A stretch of 64,000 bases of DNA, taken from positions 15,118 to 79,117 of the forward strand of contig PXBB01000108.1 of assembly GCA_003565735.1 (NCBI GenBank), read 5' to 3'. Both the position numbers and the translations under genes were made by a program. This document shows, piece after piece, positions 1 through 9,111 of this stretch; position 1 is the first letter of the stretch, and each line of letters starts with the position of its first letter. Origin of the DNA: Bacteroidales bacterium (GTDB taxonomy: Bacteria; Bacteroidota; Bacteroidia; Bacteroidales; PXBB01). Below the pieces are notes generated by a model. It searched no databases. It saw only the letters and a list, made by a program, of their open reading frames with translations, and was not told the origin of the DNA.

Positions 1-221
1 TGAACGGCCGTAAGCTTTTTGATACATGGTACAGAAACAAAAACTTATTAGCCAACCTTCGTATTGACCCCAAACCGGTTATTACGCACATGTTCACTCT
101 TGAAGATTATAAAAAAGGTTTTGATGCCATGCTGGCAAGACCCCGCTTCTCGGCAAAAGTTATCCTTTTCCCCGAACAAGCAGAACTCGATGCCGCTAAA
201 AAACGTTTCGGCATAGAGTAA
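1..221 (+). CDS. tdh: L-threonine 3-dehydrogenase, 3' end (partial, runs off the window start)
   Basis: The frame ending at TAA 219-221 reads ...DPKPVITHMFTLEDYKKGFDAMLARPRFSAKVILFPEQ.... This resembles the conserved Tdh C-terminus (ITHRF..DDFQKGFDAM....GKVIL). The pathway partner kbl lies 2.7 kb away. Confidence 0.8.
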   Translation, partial: NGRKLFDTWYRNKNLLANLRIDPKPVITHMFTLEDYKKGFDAMLARPRFSAKVILFPEQAELDAAKKRFGIE

Positions 222-244
222 ACAGGTTCAGTCTCCAACTTTAG

Positions 245-306
245 GAAAGCGTCTTTGATAGCTGTAAAAATTTTATACAGTAAAAGAAAGACGCTTTCTT
301 TTTTTT
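245..306 (+). terminator. Putative intrinsic terminator after tdh (12-bp stem, long loop, T8 tail)
   Basis: gaaagcgtcttt (245-256) is the exact reverse complement of aaagacgctttc (287-298) and is followed by 8 T (299-306). The 30-nt loop is atypically long. Confidence 0.4.
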
Positions 307-354
307 GAGAATCAGCATTATTTTTTATTTTGGCTTTATCAAAACACAATTATT

Positions 355-831
355 ATGAAAAATTTTAAAATGCTTTCCCGATTTGTAGCACTTGTGTGCC
401 TTTTCCATGTTTCTTTTATTCAAGTAAGTATTTCGCAACAAACTTCGGATGAAAAAGATGTATTACAAGTTTTTTATCATAAGCGGCCACCCTCTATGGA
501 AACCCTCAAAGGTTTTAAAGATTTTATAAAACCTTACGAAAACCAATATATTATCAAATACTACCTTATTACAGACGATGCCAATAATGAATTATTAACA
601 TCATTAGGACTGCCTGAAGCCCATTTTCCTTTTGCTATTGCCATAAATGGCAAAACAAGCGCACTTATTGAAGGTGACACCATTGTTTTTGTAAAACTTC
701 CTGACTTTATGCATCACATAGGAAGGCGTCAGGGCAACTGGACGTTAAAACATCTTGAAACTGTTTTGTCAAACAAGGACTTGTTTTTGCCCGAAAATCC
801 TGTTATCAGAACAGAAGCCATGCAACACTAA
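355..831 (+). CDS. Hypothetical secreted protein
   Basis: 158-aa ORF with an ATG start and an N-terminal signal-like segment LSRFVALVCLFHVSFIQVSISQ. I recognise no family. Confidence 0.55.
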   Translation: MKNFKMLSRFVALVCLFHVSFIQVSISQQTSDEKDVLQVFYHKRPPSMETLKGFKDFIKPYENQYIIKYYLITDDANNELLTSLGLPEAHFPFAIAINGKTSALIEGDTIVFVKLPDFMHHIGRRQGNWTLKHLETVLSNKDLFLPENPVIRTEAMQH

Positions 832-911
832 AAAAGTCCGACTCTCAATTTGTTTGATTATCAAACTCTTTTAAAAACTTGACTTGTAAAACTGTCTAAG
901 TTTTTTTTACT

Positions 912-2165
912 TCAATAATCTGAAAATAAAACCGGTTTTACGGTTAACATGACAAAAGCAAAGGACGGCATTTTATCAATAGAGCCGCCTCCTTTTATTA
1001 TTTTCATGCTGCTTGTCGGAAACATTACAAAATACCCAAACTGCAAATCCGCATCATCGCTAATTTTATATTTAAACGTTAAATCTATTTCACTTCCTAA
1101 GTAGGGGTCAATAGCTTTGTTTTCATCAATAAAGTTGTTTTGCAACATGAAGTAATGATAGGCCAACCGCATAGAAAAAGTCTCGCTAAGTTGAACATTG
1201 GTATAAAAATAAGGATTTATCAGTCCTGCTCCCTTTGTGTGCAAGGGGATGTTTGTAAAATAATTCATATAGCCGTTGTAACGATGCCCAACGCCATACA
1301 ATGAAGAGAAAGCAGCATCCGTCTCATTTAAGCTATCCACAGCATTATTGCCTGAGAAAAGTTCATAACCTATAGCAAAATCAAAGGCATTAATACTTTG
1401 TCTAAGCATGGCACTGTGATAGTACGCATTGATATTTTGTCCGGTTGAAGTTTTACCCGTTTGTTTATAGGCTGCCCCTTGCAAGCGGGTTGTCTCGGTA
1501 ATATCATAGCGTAAGAAACCACCATAGGTTCCTCTGACGTATAATGTTTGCGGCCTGTTTTCTCTCTCATGCCCATCGGCAACAGCTATGAAGCTCGCAT
1601 ACAGAGTCTCACTCTTTCTTGACAGATGCCATAAGCCTAGAGTCTTATAGTTCACACCAAAATTATCGTAGGCTGTTTTATACAAACGCTCTTCATTTTC
1701 ATTATAAGCCCCCACAATATCCATTTTATAATGGTTAAAGGAAAAGGAAGCCTTTAGTACATCATGAAACTGCCCTTGTTGCAACCAGTTGTTATGTGCG
1801 AAAAGCCTTCCATTGTCATAAAGCAATGCCTGCCGCCCTGCTTTGACAGAAATATTTTTATTTAGGTCTAAGGCGGCCCATGCTTGGTTAACACCTAGTG
1901 AGGATTTTTGCGAGCGGAGTTGCTGATCGCCCCACAGGCGTACATCTTGTAAAGAAAGAAAAAAACTGTATGATGTAGCCTTATAATCGAAACTCAAACG
2001 GTTGCGTTGACTTATCAGGAATACCGGAGGAAGACTATCTGGCAACATCCGGTATCCCTGACGGTATTCTGCTCGGGGTCTGATTTCTGCTGAAACATTA
2101 AGCTGTGCAAAAACCCATTTTTCACTAATCAGAAAAACAAAGATTATTAAAACTAAACTCCGCAT
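912..2165 (-). CDS. Outer-membrane beta-barrel protein (alginate-export/porin-like)
   Basis: Signal peptide MRSLVLIIFVFLISEKWVFAQ. The sequence is Y/G/N-rich with an alternating beta-strand pattern and an aromatic C-terminus. It starts 8 nt downstream of the DUF302 gene, which suggests an operon. Confidence 0.6.
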   Translation of the reverse strand: MRSLVLIIFVFLISEKWVFAQLNVSAEIRPRAEYRQGYRMLPDSLPPVFLISQRNRLSFDYKATSYSFFLSLQDVRLWGDQQLRSQKSSLGVNQAWAALDLNKNISVKAGRQALLYDNGRLFAHNNWLQQGQFHDVLKASFSFNHYKMDIVGAYNENEERLYKTAYDNFGVNYKTLGLWHLSRKSETLYASFIAVADGHERENRPQTLYVRGTYGGFLRYDITETTRLQGAAYKQTGKTSTGQNINAYYHSAMLRQSINAFDFAIGYELFSGNNAVDSLNETDAAFSSLYGVGHRYNGYMNYFTNIPLHTKGAGLINPYFYTNVQLSETFSMRLAYHYFMLQNNFIDENKAIDPYLGSEIDLTFKYKISDDADLQFGYFVMFPTSSMKIIKGGGSIDKMPSFAFVMLTVKPVLFSDY

Positions 2166-2173
2166 GAAAAAGT

Positions 2174-2656
2174 CTATCTTATGATGCTGTTTATAATGGC
2201 TTCACTTTCAGCAGAGGCATCTTTCATTACCTCAGGAACAACGCCTTTCATCATGCTGCCCATCAAGGAAGTATTCATTCGTGACACATATACTTTACCA
2301 TCTGATTTTTCATAAATAGAAATACGGCAAGGCATTAGCGAACTTACAATACGCTCATCATCGCGCGAAAGAATTTTGTAAGCATGATCAGGGTGACATA
2401 TTTCAAAAACTTTGGCATTTTTGATTCCTGTTTTCCCAAAATTTTCCATGGTTTCTTTCAAGTCGTGAACTGTTGGCAACTTCCAGCCATGGTCGTCTAT
2501 GGCTTTTCTTAACTCCATGGCCGTTCGTTCAAAATCGTATTTTGAAACATCCTCTTTAAGCATCATTGAAGGTGCTGAAAGAAACATAACTACCATGGTG
2601 AGTACTACACCAATTAATAACCCTGAAACTCCTGTGATAATGTTTTTCTTTGACAT
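2174..2656 (-). CDS. DUF302 domain protein
   Basis: 160 aa with an N-terminal TM/signal. The segment KVFEICHPDHAYKIL...LMPCRISIYEKSDGKVYVSRMN is characteristic of DUF302. Confidence 0.7.
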   Translation of the reverse strand: MSKKNIITGVSGLLIGVVLTMVVMFLSAPSMMLKEDVSKYDFERTAMELRKAIDDHGWKLPTVHDLKETMENFGKTGIKNAKVFEICHPDHAYKILSRDDERIVSSLMPCRISIYEKSDGKVYVSRMNTSLMGSMMKGVVPEVMKDASAESEAIINSIIR

Positions 2657-2789
2657 TTTTTTTATTTTTAAAAGTTAATAGCTAGCCAAACACTTTATAA
2701 AAATGATGCCAAAATTTATAAATAACACATATTCAATGTATTAAAAAGAATTATTTTTGTTAAGTGTCTATATACTGTTACACAAAATA

Positions 2790-2814
2790 GTTAACAGAGT
2801 TAACAAAGGTTAAC
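2790..2814. repeat. Three phased GTTAAC(A) palindromic hexamers
   Basis: gttaac occurs at 2790-2795, 2799-2804 and 2809-2814, spaced 9 and 10 bp apart. They sit in the intergenic region upstream of the DUF302/porin operon. Confidence 0.6.
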
Positions 2815-2832
2815 ATCATTTAATGCATTTAC

Positions 2833-2866
2833 AAAAAAAAAACCCTGAACTTAGTCAGGGCTTTTT
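2833..2866 (-). terminator. Intrinsic terminator downstream of kbl (potentially bidirectional)
   Basis: Stem ccctga (2843-2848) pairs with tcaggg (2855-2860) around a 6-nt loop. It is flanked by A10 (2833-2842, a U-tail on the minus strand) and T5 (2862-2866). Confidence 0.6.
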
Positions 2867-2890
2867 GTCTTAAATACTTGAAGTTTTTTA

Positions 2891-4078
2891 TTATATGGCT
2901 TTCAGCTCTTTACCAACTTTAATAAATGCTTCAATAGCTTTGTCAAGGTGCTCTTTTTCGTGAGCTGCCGAGAGCTGAATACGAATACGGGCTTGCTCTT
3001 TAGGTACTACCGGATAGTAGAAACCAATAACGTAAATACCCTCTTCAAGCATGCGGGCTGCAAATTTTTGCGATAAAGGAGCATCATAAAGCATGAGAGC
3101 TACAATAGCTGAATCGCTGGGCTTAAGGTCAAAGCCGGCTTCAGTCATTTTGGTTTGGAAATACTTGGCATTGTCAATAACTTTATCTCTGTATGCTGTT
3201 GATTCTGTAAGCATATTAAACACTTCCAGAGAGGCACCTATAATAGCAGGAGATAGCGAGTTAGAGAACAAATACGGCCTTGAACGCTGACGCAATATCT
3301 CTACAATTTCTTTTTTGGCTGTGGTAAAACCACCCAAGCCGCCACCTAAAGCTTTTCCTAAAGTACCTGTGATAATATCTACTCTATCCATCACATTGTG
3401 ATACTCATGCGAACCGCGTCCAGTTTTTCCAATAAAACCTGCCGAGTGGCACTCATCAGACATTACAAGAGCGTCATACTTATCTGCCAAATCGCAAATT
3501 TCGTTCATTTTGGCAATATCGCCGTCCATAGAGAAGACTCCATCAGTGACAATAATCCTGTAGCGTTGTGCCTGAGCTTCTTTAAGTTTTTCCTCAAGGT
3601 CAGCCATATTGGCATGTTCAAAGCGGTAACGCTTGGCTTTACACAAACGCACGCCATCAATAATAGAGGCATGGTTGAGCGCATCCGAAAGTATGGCATC
3701 ATTCTCATCAAAAAGAGGTTCAAAAACACCACCATTGGCATCAAAGCAAGCAGCATATAAAATGGTATCTTCCATACCGAAGAATTCAGCTATCTTAGCT
3801 TCCAACTCCTTGTGAATGTCTTGCGTGCCGCAAATAAACCTTACTGATGACAAACCATAGCCTCTGTGATCTAACATCTTTTTAGAGGCTTCCATAACTC
3901 TTGGGTGTGCCGACAAACCCAAATAATTATTGGCACAAAAGTTCAATACTTTCTGTCCTGTATTTAATGTAATTTCTGCGCCTTGTGCACTGGTGATAAT
4001 ACGCTCATGCTTGTACAAACCGGCTTTTTTTGTGTCGTCCAACTGCTGTTGAAGGTAATCTTTAATTTTTCCGTACAT
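2891..4078 (-). CDS. kbl: Glycine C-acetyltransferase (2-amino-3-ketobutyrate CoA ligase)
   Basis: 395 aa. Alpha-oxoamine synthase motifs are present: NYLGL, FSMDGD, DECHSAGF and the PLP-lysine region GTLGKALGG. Full-length similarity to Kbl, and tdh is nearby. Confidence 0.9.
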   Translation of the reverse strand: MYGKIKDYLQQQLDDTKKAGLYKHERIITSAQGAEITLNTGQKVLNFCANNYLGLSAHPRVMEASKKMLDHRGYGLSSVRFICGTQDIHKELEAKIAEFFGMEDTILYAACFDANGGVFEPLFDENDAILSDALNHASIIDGVRLCKAKRYRFEHANMADLEEKLKEAQAQRYRIIVTDGVFSMDGDIAKMNEICDLADKYDALVMSDECHSAGFIGKTGRGSHEYHNVMDRVDIITGTLGKALGGGLGGFTTAKKEIVEILRQRSRPYLFSNSLSPAIIGASLEVFNMLTESTAYRDKVIDNAKYFQTKMTEAGFDLKPSDSAIVALMLYDAPLSQKFAARMLEEGIYVIGFYYPVVPKEQARIRIQLSAAHEKEHLDKAIEAFIKVGKELKAI

Positions 4079-4190
4079 AAATGTTTGTTTAAAATTGTTT
4101 AATTATTAATATGTTATCCTTTTATTAAAAATGTGAAGACAAAAATAAAAAAAAATAATACATCAGCCCTTCTATTTTATAAAAAAATTG

Positions 4191-4198
4191 TAGGTTTG
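4191..4198 (+). promoter_or_regulatory. Candidate Bacteroidota -7 promoter box (TAnnTTTG)
   Basis: taggtttg lies 28 nt upstream of the transketolase ATG at 4227. Confidence 0.4.
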
Positions 4199-4226
4199 TC
4201 AAGTTAATAACCATTATACAAAAAAC

Positions 4227-5069
4227 ATGTCTTTCAAAGAGTTAGAAAAAATATCTACACAAGTACGTAGAGATATTCTACGCATGGTTCATGCCGTTAA
4301 TTCAGGGCACCCCGGTGGCTCATTAGGGTGTACAGACTTAATTGTAGCATTATACTTCAAAGTATTACGCCGTCAAAAAACATTTCAAATGGATGGGCAT
4401 AATGAAGATGTATTCTTCTTGTCAAACGGACATATATCGCCTCTGTGGTATAGTGTTTTAGCAAGAAGTGGTTATTTTGAAATCAGTGAGTTGGCTACTT
4501 TTAGAAAGCTAAAAACACGTCTGCAGGGTCACCCATCAACCGATAAAGGCTTACCGGGTGTACGTGTAGCTTCCGGCTCTTTGGGCCAGGGCTTGTCTGT
4601 TGCTATTGGAAAGGCTATGGCCAAAAAGTACAACAATGACAATCATTTAGTTTACTGTCTTACTGGTGATGGAGAACTGCAAGAAGGACAAGTATGGGAG
4701 GCTGCTATGTTTGCTGCTGCTAAAAATATTGACAACATTGTTGCTGTTGTTGATTACAATAGGCAACAAATAGACGGTCCGGTTGATGAAGTATTATCAT
4801 TAGGGAATCTAAAAGCCAAGTGGGAAGCCTTTGGCTGGAAAACCCTGGAAATGGAAGGCAATAACATGCAGGAAGTTGTAGAAACTCTCGAGTTGGTAAA
4901 AAGCCAGCACATTCAAAAAGGAAAGCCTGTGGTCATTCTTATGAAAACTGAAATGGGATATGGCGTTGATTATATGATGGGCACACACGAATGGCATGGA
5001 AAAGCACCCAACGATGAGCTGCTTGAAAAAGCATTGGCTCAGCTTGATGAGACAATTGGCGATTATTAA
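4227..5069 (+). CDS. Transketolase, N-terminal (TPP-binding) subunit of a split enzyme
   Basis: 280 aa with motifs GHPGGSLG and GDGELQEGQVWEA (TPP/Mg binding). Confidence 0.9.
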   Translation: MSFKELEKISTQVRRDILRMVHAVNSGHPGGSLGCTDLIVALYFKVLRRQKTFQMDGHNEDVFFLSNGHISPLWYSVLARSGYFEISELATFRKLKTRLQGHPSTDKGLPGVRVASGSLGQGLSVAIGKAMAKKYNNDNHLVYCLTGDGELQEGQVWEAAMFAAAKNIDNIVAVVDYNRQQIDGPVDEVLSLGNLKAKWEAFGWKTLEMEGNNMQEVVETLELVKSQHIQKGKPVVILMKTEMGYGVDYMMGTHEWHGKAPNDELLEKALAQLDETIGDY

Positions 5070-6483
5070 TCTACTATTTCATATAAATCTGAAACACACT
5101 GTAAGAAATATTATTAGTCTATTTTTGATATTGCTCACCATAACTCCGGCACTATCACAAACGAGGCCTGACAGATCGAGAGACTTGCCGGAGCCGACCA
5201 CCCGTATTTTATTTGTGTTTGATGCCTCACAAAGTATGTATGCACGCTGGCAAAGTGATATGCGTATTAACATAGCACGTCGGCTGCTCAATAACTTACT
5301 TGACAGTCTTGAAAATGTTGATAACGTTGAATTAGCCCTAAGAGTTTTTGGTCATCAAAAGCAGTTTCCTCCTCAAGATTGTGATGATACTGCTCTCGAG
5401 ATACCCTTTGCGCCAAACAATGTGCCGCGTATAAAAAATAAACTTAGAACTATAGTCCCTAGAGGCACAACCCCCATAGCCAAATCACTAGAAAAAGCTG
5501 CTAATGATTTCCCCCATTGCGACAACTGCCGCAATATTATTATTCTTATTACGGATGGTATTGAGGAGTGTGGTGGAGACCCCTGTGCAGCATCAAGAGA
5601 ATTGCAGGAAAAGGGTATTGTGCTTAGACCTTTCGTAATTGGTATTGGACGCGATTTTAGGGCAGATTTTGAATGTGTGGGCGAATATTATGATGCCTCC
5701 AGTGAAGAACAATTTGTCATTGCGCTTAATGCTGTTATAACTCAAATTCTTAATCAAACTACTGCTCAGGTAAATTTGCTCGATATTTATGGCAATCCTA
5801 CGGAGTCTAATGTTAACATGAGTTTTTACGATTACTACTCAGGGGCGCTCCGCTACAATTTCATACATACTATGAATCATAGAGGAAACCCTGATACGCT
5901 GGTTATTGACCATTTAACCACATACAAGATGGTAGTGCATACCATACCCCCGGTGCAAACTGATAGCTTTAAACTTACTTTGGGCAAACATAATATCATT
6001 GCCGTGGATGCACCGCAGGGCTATTTGATGTTGAAAGTAGCTGGGCGCCCACTTTACAGGGGTTTACAGGCTATTATAAGAAAAAATAACAGCATGGAAA
6101 CATTAAATGTGCAAGATTTTGATAACGTCGAGAAATATTTAGTAGGCACTTACGACATTGAAGTTTTATGTTTGCCACGTATGCATATCAATAATGTAGA
6201 AGTGGCTCAAAATTCTACAACCACAGTAGAAATACCGCAGCCCGGGATAGCAGTTATTCAGAAGCCTGCTTCCGGCTATGGCAGCTTATATGTGGAAGAA
6301 GGTCATAAACTCCGACTTATTTATAATCTCCAAGAAGGCAACACACAGGAGTCTATCATTTTACAACCAGGCTCTTACAGGGTTGTATTCAGACCTAAAC
6401 ATGCGCGGCGTTCTATCAACACGGTAGAAAGAAGCTTTATAATTGAATCAGGAAGAACAGAAACGGTTAGAGTTTTTATGTAA
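5047..6483 (+). CDS. Secreted von Willebrand factor A (VWA) domain protein
   Basis: MIDAS motif DASQS (ILFVFDASQSM), plus TTPIAKSLEKA and ILITDGIEECGGDP. The track ORF starts at 4996 inside tkt-N. ATG 5047 gives a plausible signal peptide (MRQLAIINLL...ISLFLILLTITPALSQ), but the start remains uncertain. Confidence 0.7.
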   Translation: MRQLAIINLLFHINLKHTVRNIISLFLILLTITPALSQTRPDRSRDLPEPTTRILFVFDASQSMYARWQSDMRINIARRLLNNLLDSLENVDNVELALRVFGHQKQFPPQDCDDTALEIPFAPNNVPRIKNKLRTIVPRGTTPIAKSLEKAANDFPHCDNCRNIIILITDGIEECGGDPCAASRELQEKGIVLRPFVIGIGRDFRADFECVGEYYDASSEEQFVIALNAVITQILNQTTAQVNLLDIYGNPTESNVNMSFYDYYSGALRYNFIHTMNHRGNPDTLVIDHLTTYKMVVHTIPPVQTDSFKLTLGKHNIIAVDAPQGYLMLKVAGRPLYRGLQAIIRKNNSMETLNVQDFDNVEKYLVGTYDIEVLCLPRMHINNVEVAQNSTTTVEIPQPGIAVIQKPASGYGSLYVEEGHKLRLIYNLQEGNTQESIILQPGSYRVVFRPKHARRSINTVERSFIIESGRTETVRVFM

Positions 6484-6508
6484 AACTTTGAAAGAAAAAA
6501 TAAATTTT

Positions 6509-7462
6509 ATGAAAAAGATTGAAATACTTTTTAAAAAGGATACCCGCTCAGGGTTTGGTGAAGGGTTGTTAGAAGCAGGGCGTCAGAATCCTCAAATAGT
6601 TGCTTTATGTGCCGACTTAACCGGTTCCCTGAAAATGGATGCTTTTAAAAATGAATTTCCCGATAGATTTATTCAAACTGGTATCGCTGAAGCTAACATG
6701 ATAGGCATTGCAGCAGGACTATCTATTGGAGGCAAGATACCATTTGCAGGCACTTTTGCAAATTTCGCTACAGCCCGCGTTTATGACCAGATTAGACAGT
6801 CAGTTGCTTACTCTGATAAAAATGTGAAAATTTGTGCTTCTCATGCTGGTATTACTTTAGGAGAAGATGGGGCGACACACCAAATACTAGAAGATATTGG
6901 ACTTATGAAAATGCTGCCCCACATGACTGTTATAAACACCTGCGATTTTTACCAAACGAAAGCAGCGACCATAGCCGTTGCTAAACACAAAGGGCCTGTT
7001 TATCTAAGGTTCGGACGACCGGCAGTGCCCAACTTTACACAAGAAAATCAAAAGTTTGAAATAGGAAAAGGAATTGTAGTTAATGAAGGTACTGATGTGA
7101 GTATTTTTGCAACCGGACACCTTGTCTGGAAGTCTATTGAAGCAGCATACATGCTTGCCGATAAAGGTATTAGCGCAGAAATAATAAATATTCACACCAT
7201 TAAACCTTTAGATAATAATTTAGTCATATCTTCTGTAAAGAAAACCAAATGTGCTGTTGTTGCTGAGGAACATAATATTTACGGAGGTCTGGGCGAAAGT
7301 ATTGCCGGCTTGCTGGCAGGAAACTTTCCCACACCAATTGAATTTATTGGTGTTAAAGATGAGTTTGGACAAAGTGGTAAGCCTGATGAACTTATGACAT
7401 TGTACGGTCTTGATGCTCATAACATTGCAAATGCTGCTGAAGTGGTGATGAAACGTAAATAG
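6509..7462 (+). CDS. Transketolase, C-terminal (pyrimidine-binding) subunit
   Basis: Motifs GIAEANMIGIAAGL and GEDGATHQ, with a typical C-terminal domain. I prefer ATG 6509 (MKKIEILFKKDTRSGFGEGL) over the track start at 6443, which overlaps the VWA gene. Confidence 0.9.
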   Translation: MKKIEILFKKDTRSGFGEGLLEAGRQNPQIVALCADLTGSLKMDAFKNEFPDRFIQTGIAEANMIGIAAGLSIGGKIPFAGTFANFATARVYDQIRQSVAYSDKNVKICASHAGITLGEDGATHQILEDIGLMKMLPHMTVINTCDFYQTKAATIAVAKHKGPVYLRFGRPAVPNFTQENQKFEIGKGIVVNEGTDVSIFATGHLVWKSIEAAYMLADKGISAEIINIHTIKPLDNNLVISSVKKTKCAVVAEEHNIYGGLGESIAGLLAGNFPTPIEFIGVKDEFGQSGKPDELMTLYGLDAHNIANAAEVVMKRK

Positions 7463-7501
7463 CAGCACCTGGCCATGAATGGTTTTTTAAGCTAGGCTCC
7501 T

Positions 7502-8050
7502 ATGAAATCTTATGACGATAGTGAAATTCTTTCACTGTTTGCTGCTGAAAAAACTAAAGAAAAAGCTTTTAATATTCTGCTCAAGAAGTATCAAAAGCCG
7601 GTTTACTTCCATATCAGACGCATGGTCATTCTTCATGAGGATGCTGACGACCTTACCCAGGATACTTTTGTTAAAATATGGCATAACCTTCATGCTTTTA
7701 AAAAAGAATCCAAGCTTTTTACCTGGATATACAGAATTGCAACTAATGAAGCCATTACTTTTTTGAACCGTAAAAAACGGTTCTACTTTTTGCCTTTTAA
7801 TAACTATGAAAGCCATTTGCAAAATAAGCTGATAGATGACAGCTTTTTCAATGCAGATGATGTTCAGCTAAAGCTTCATAAAGCAATACTAACATTGCCT
7901 CAAAAACAAAGAATCGTTTTTAATATGAAATATTTTGACGCAATGAAATACGACACAATGGCTGTTATTTTAAATACGTCTGTCGGTGCTCTTAAAGCTT
8001 CTTATCACATAGCAGTAAAAAAAATAGAACAATTTTTAAAAAACAATTAA
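7502..8050 (+). CDS. ECF-type RNA polymerase sigma-70 factor
   Basis: 182 aa with region 2 (DADDLTQDTFVKIW, WIYRIATNEAI) and a region 4 HTH (QRIVFNMKYFDAMKYDTMAVILNTSVGALK). Confidence 0.85.
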   Translation: MKSYDDSEILSLFAAEKTKEKAFNILLKKYQKPVYFHIRRMVILHEDADDLTQDTFVKIWHNLHAFKKESKLFTWIYRIATNEAITFLNRKKRFYFLPFNNYESHLQNKLIDDSFFNADDVQLKLHKAILTLPQKQRIVFNMKYFDAMKYDTMAVILNTSVGALKASYHIAVKKIEQFLKNN

Positions 8051-8094
8051 ACCATTGCTTTTATTTTTTATCTAAACTATTGAAACACTAAAAT

Positions 8095-8544
8095 ATGGAA
8101 AAGGAAAAAATAAATATTGATAATACACCAAACAATAACAAAGATAATCCCTTTTTGGTACCTGAAAACTATTTTGACAATTTGCCTGATAGTATTTTAA
8201 AAAACATTAAGGCCCAAAAACCAAAAACCAAAACAAGAACGGTATTTTATAAGTATGCAGCAGGCTTTGCTTTGCTCATAGCAGGCGCTTTGTTGTTTTT
8301 TCTAATTCATATACAAAAGCCTTTTGAAACGATGGAAACCATAAGCGATAAACCAACAGAGATGTTTGATGATTATATTGATTTGGTATTATTTGATTTA
8401 AGTATATATGACATCGAACAACTTATCTTACTCAACGGCTACGAAGATGATGATTTTTATGAAAAAGATATGTCTGAAGTCATGCTTAACTATTTAATTG
8501 AAAATAGCTGGGATGATGACTTTGTTTATGATTTTTTTGAATAA
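8095..8544 (+). CDS. Single-pass membrane protein, possible anti-sigma partner
   Basis: 149 aa with one TM (YAAGFALLIAGALLFFLI) and an acidic C-terminus. It lies immediately downstream of the ECF sigma gene. The role is inferred from position only. Confidence 0.45.
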   Translation: MEKEKINIDNTPNNNKDNPFLVPENYFDNLPDSILKNIKAQKPKTKTRTVFYKYAAGFALLIAGALLFFLIHIQKPFETMETISDKPTEMFDDYIDLVLFDLSIYDIEQLILLNGYEDDDFYEKDMSEVMLNYLIENSWDDDFVYDFFE

Positions 8545-8583
8545 CAACATAAAGTATTTATTAATTTTAAAAAGAATAACACC

Positions 8584-9078
8584 ATGAAAACTAAACTTTT
8601 AAACATTGTAATGATTTTACTTTTAATGTTTCCATTTTATGTGTTTTCTCAGGGTCATCCCGAAAGAGCACCAAACCTGGAACGCAGGCACCACTTTCAG
8701 GAACGTCAAAAAGAATTTGAAGCGCGCCGTATTGCCTTCATAACAGAAAGAGTAGGATTGACACCTCAGGAAGCACAGAATTTTTGGCCCGTGTATAACG
8801 AATACATGAAAAAAAAACGTGAAATGAACAGACAACACAGAATGCGTCAGGATGATAAAAATATTGACTATGATGCGCTTAGTGAAGAAGAACTTCAAAA
8901 AATGGCCTTAGCAGAAATTGAAAGGCTTGAGAGTATGTTAGAATTCAGAAAAGATTATCATGATAAATTTTTGGAAGTTTTACCAGTTAAAAAGGTCGTC
9001 ATGTTATATGAAGCTGAAAAGGAATTTAAAAGAATACTACTCAGAGACCTGCGTAAACATAGAAGAGGTGCAAGATAG
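8584..9078 (+). CDS. Periplasmic charged helical protein (Spy/CpxP-like, LTxxQ-type)
   Basis: Signal peptide, then a highly charged helical sequence containing LTPQEAQNFWPVYNEY. It is the third gene of the sigma module. Confidence 0.45.
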   Translation: MKTKLLNIVMILLLMFPFYVFSQGHPERAPNLERRHHFQERQKEFEARRIAFITERVGLTPQEAQNFWPVYNEYMKKKREMNRQHRMRQDDKNIDYDALSEEELQKMALAEIERLESMLEFRKDYHDKFLEVLPVKKVVMLYEAEKEFKRILLRDLRKHRRGAR

Positions 9079-9111
9079 TAAATAATTTCCCGGTTAATTA
9101 AAATAGGTCGT

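Noticed and set aside
3093-3815. Track ORFs 3093..3290, 3398..3760, 3505..3756 and 3633..3815 inside or antisense to kbl
   Set aside because: They are nested in a strongly supported full-length kbl gene. Their composition is low-complexity with no motifs, so they are shadow ORFs.
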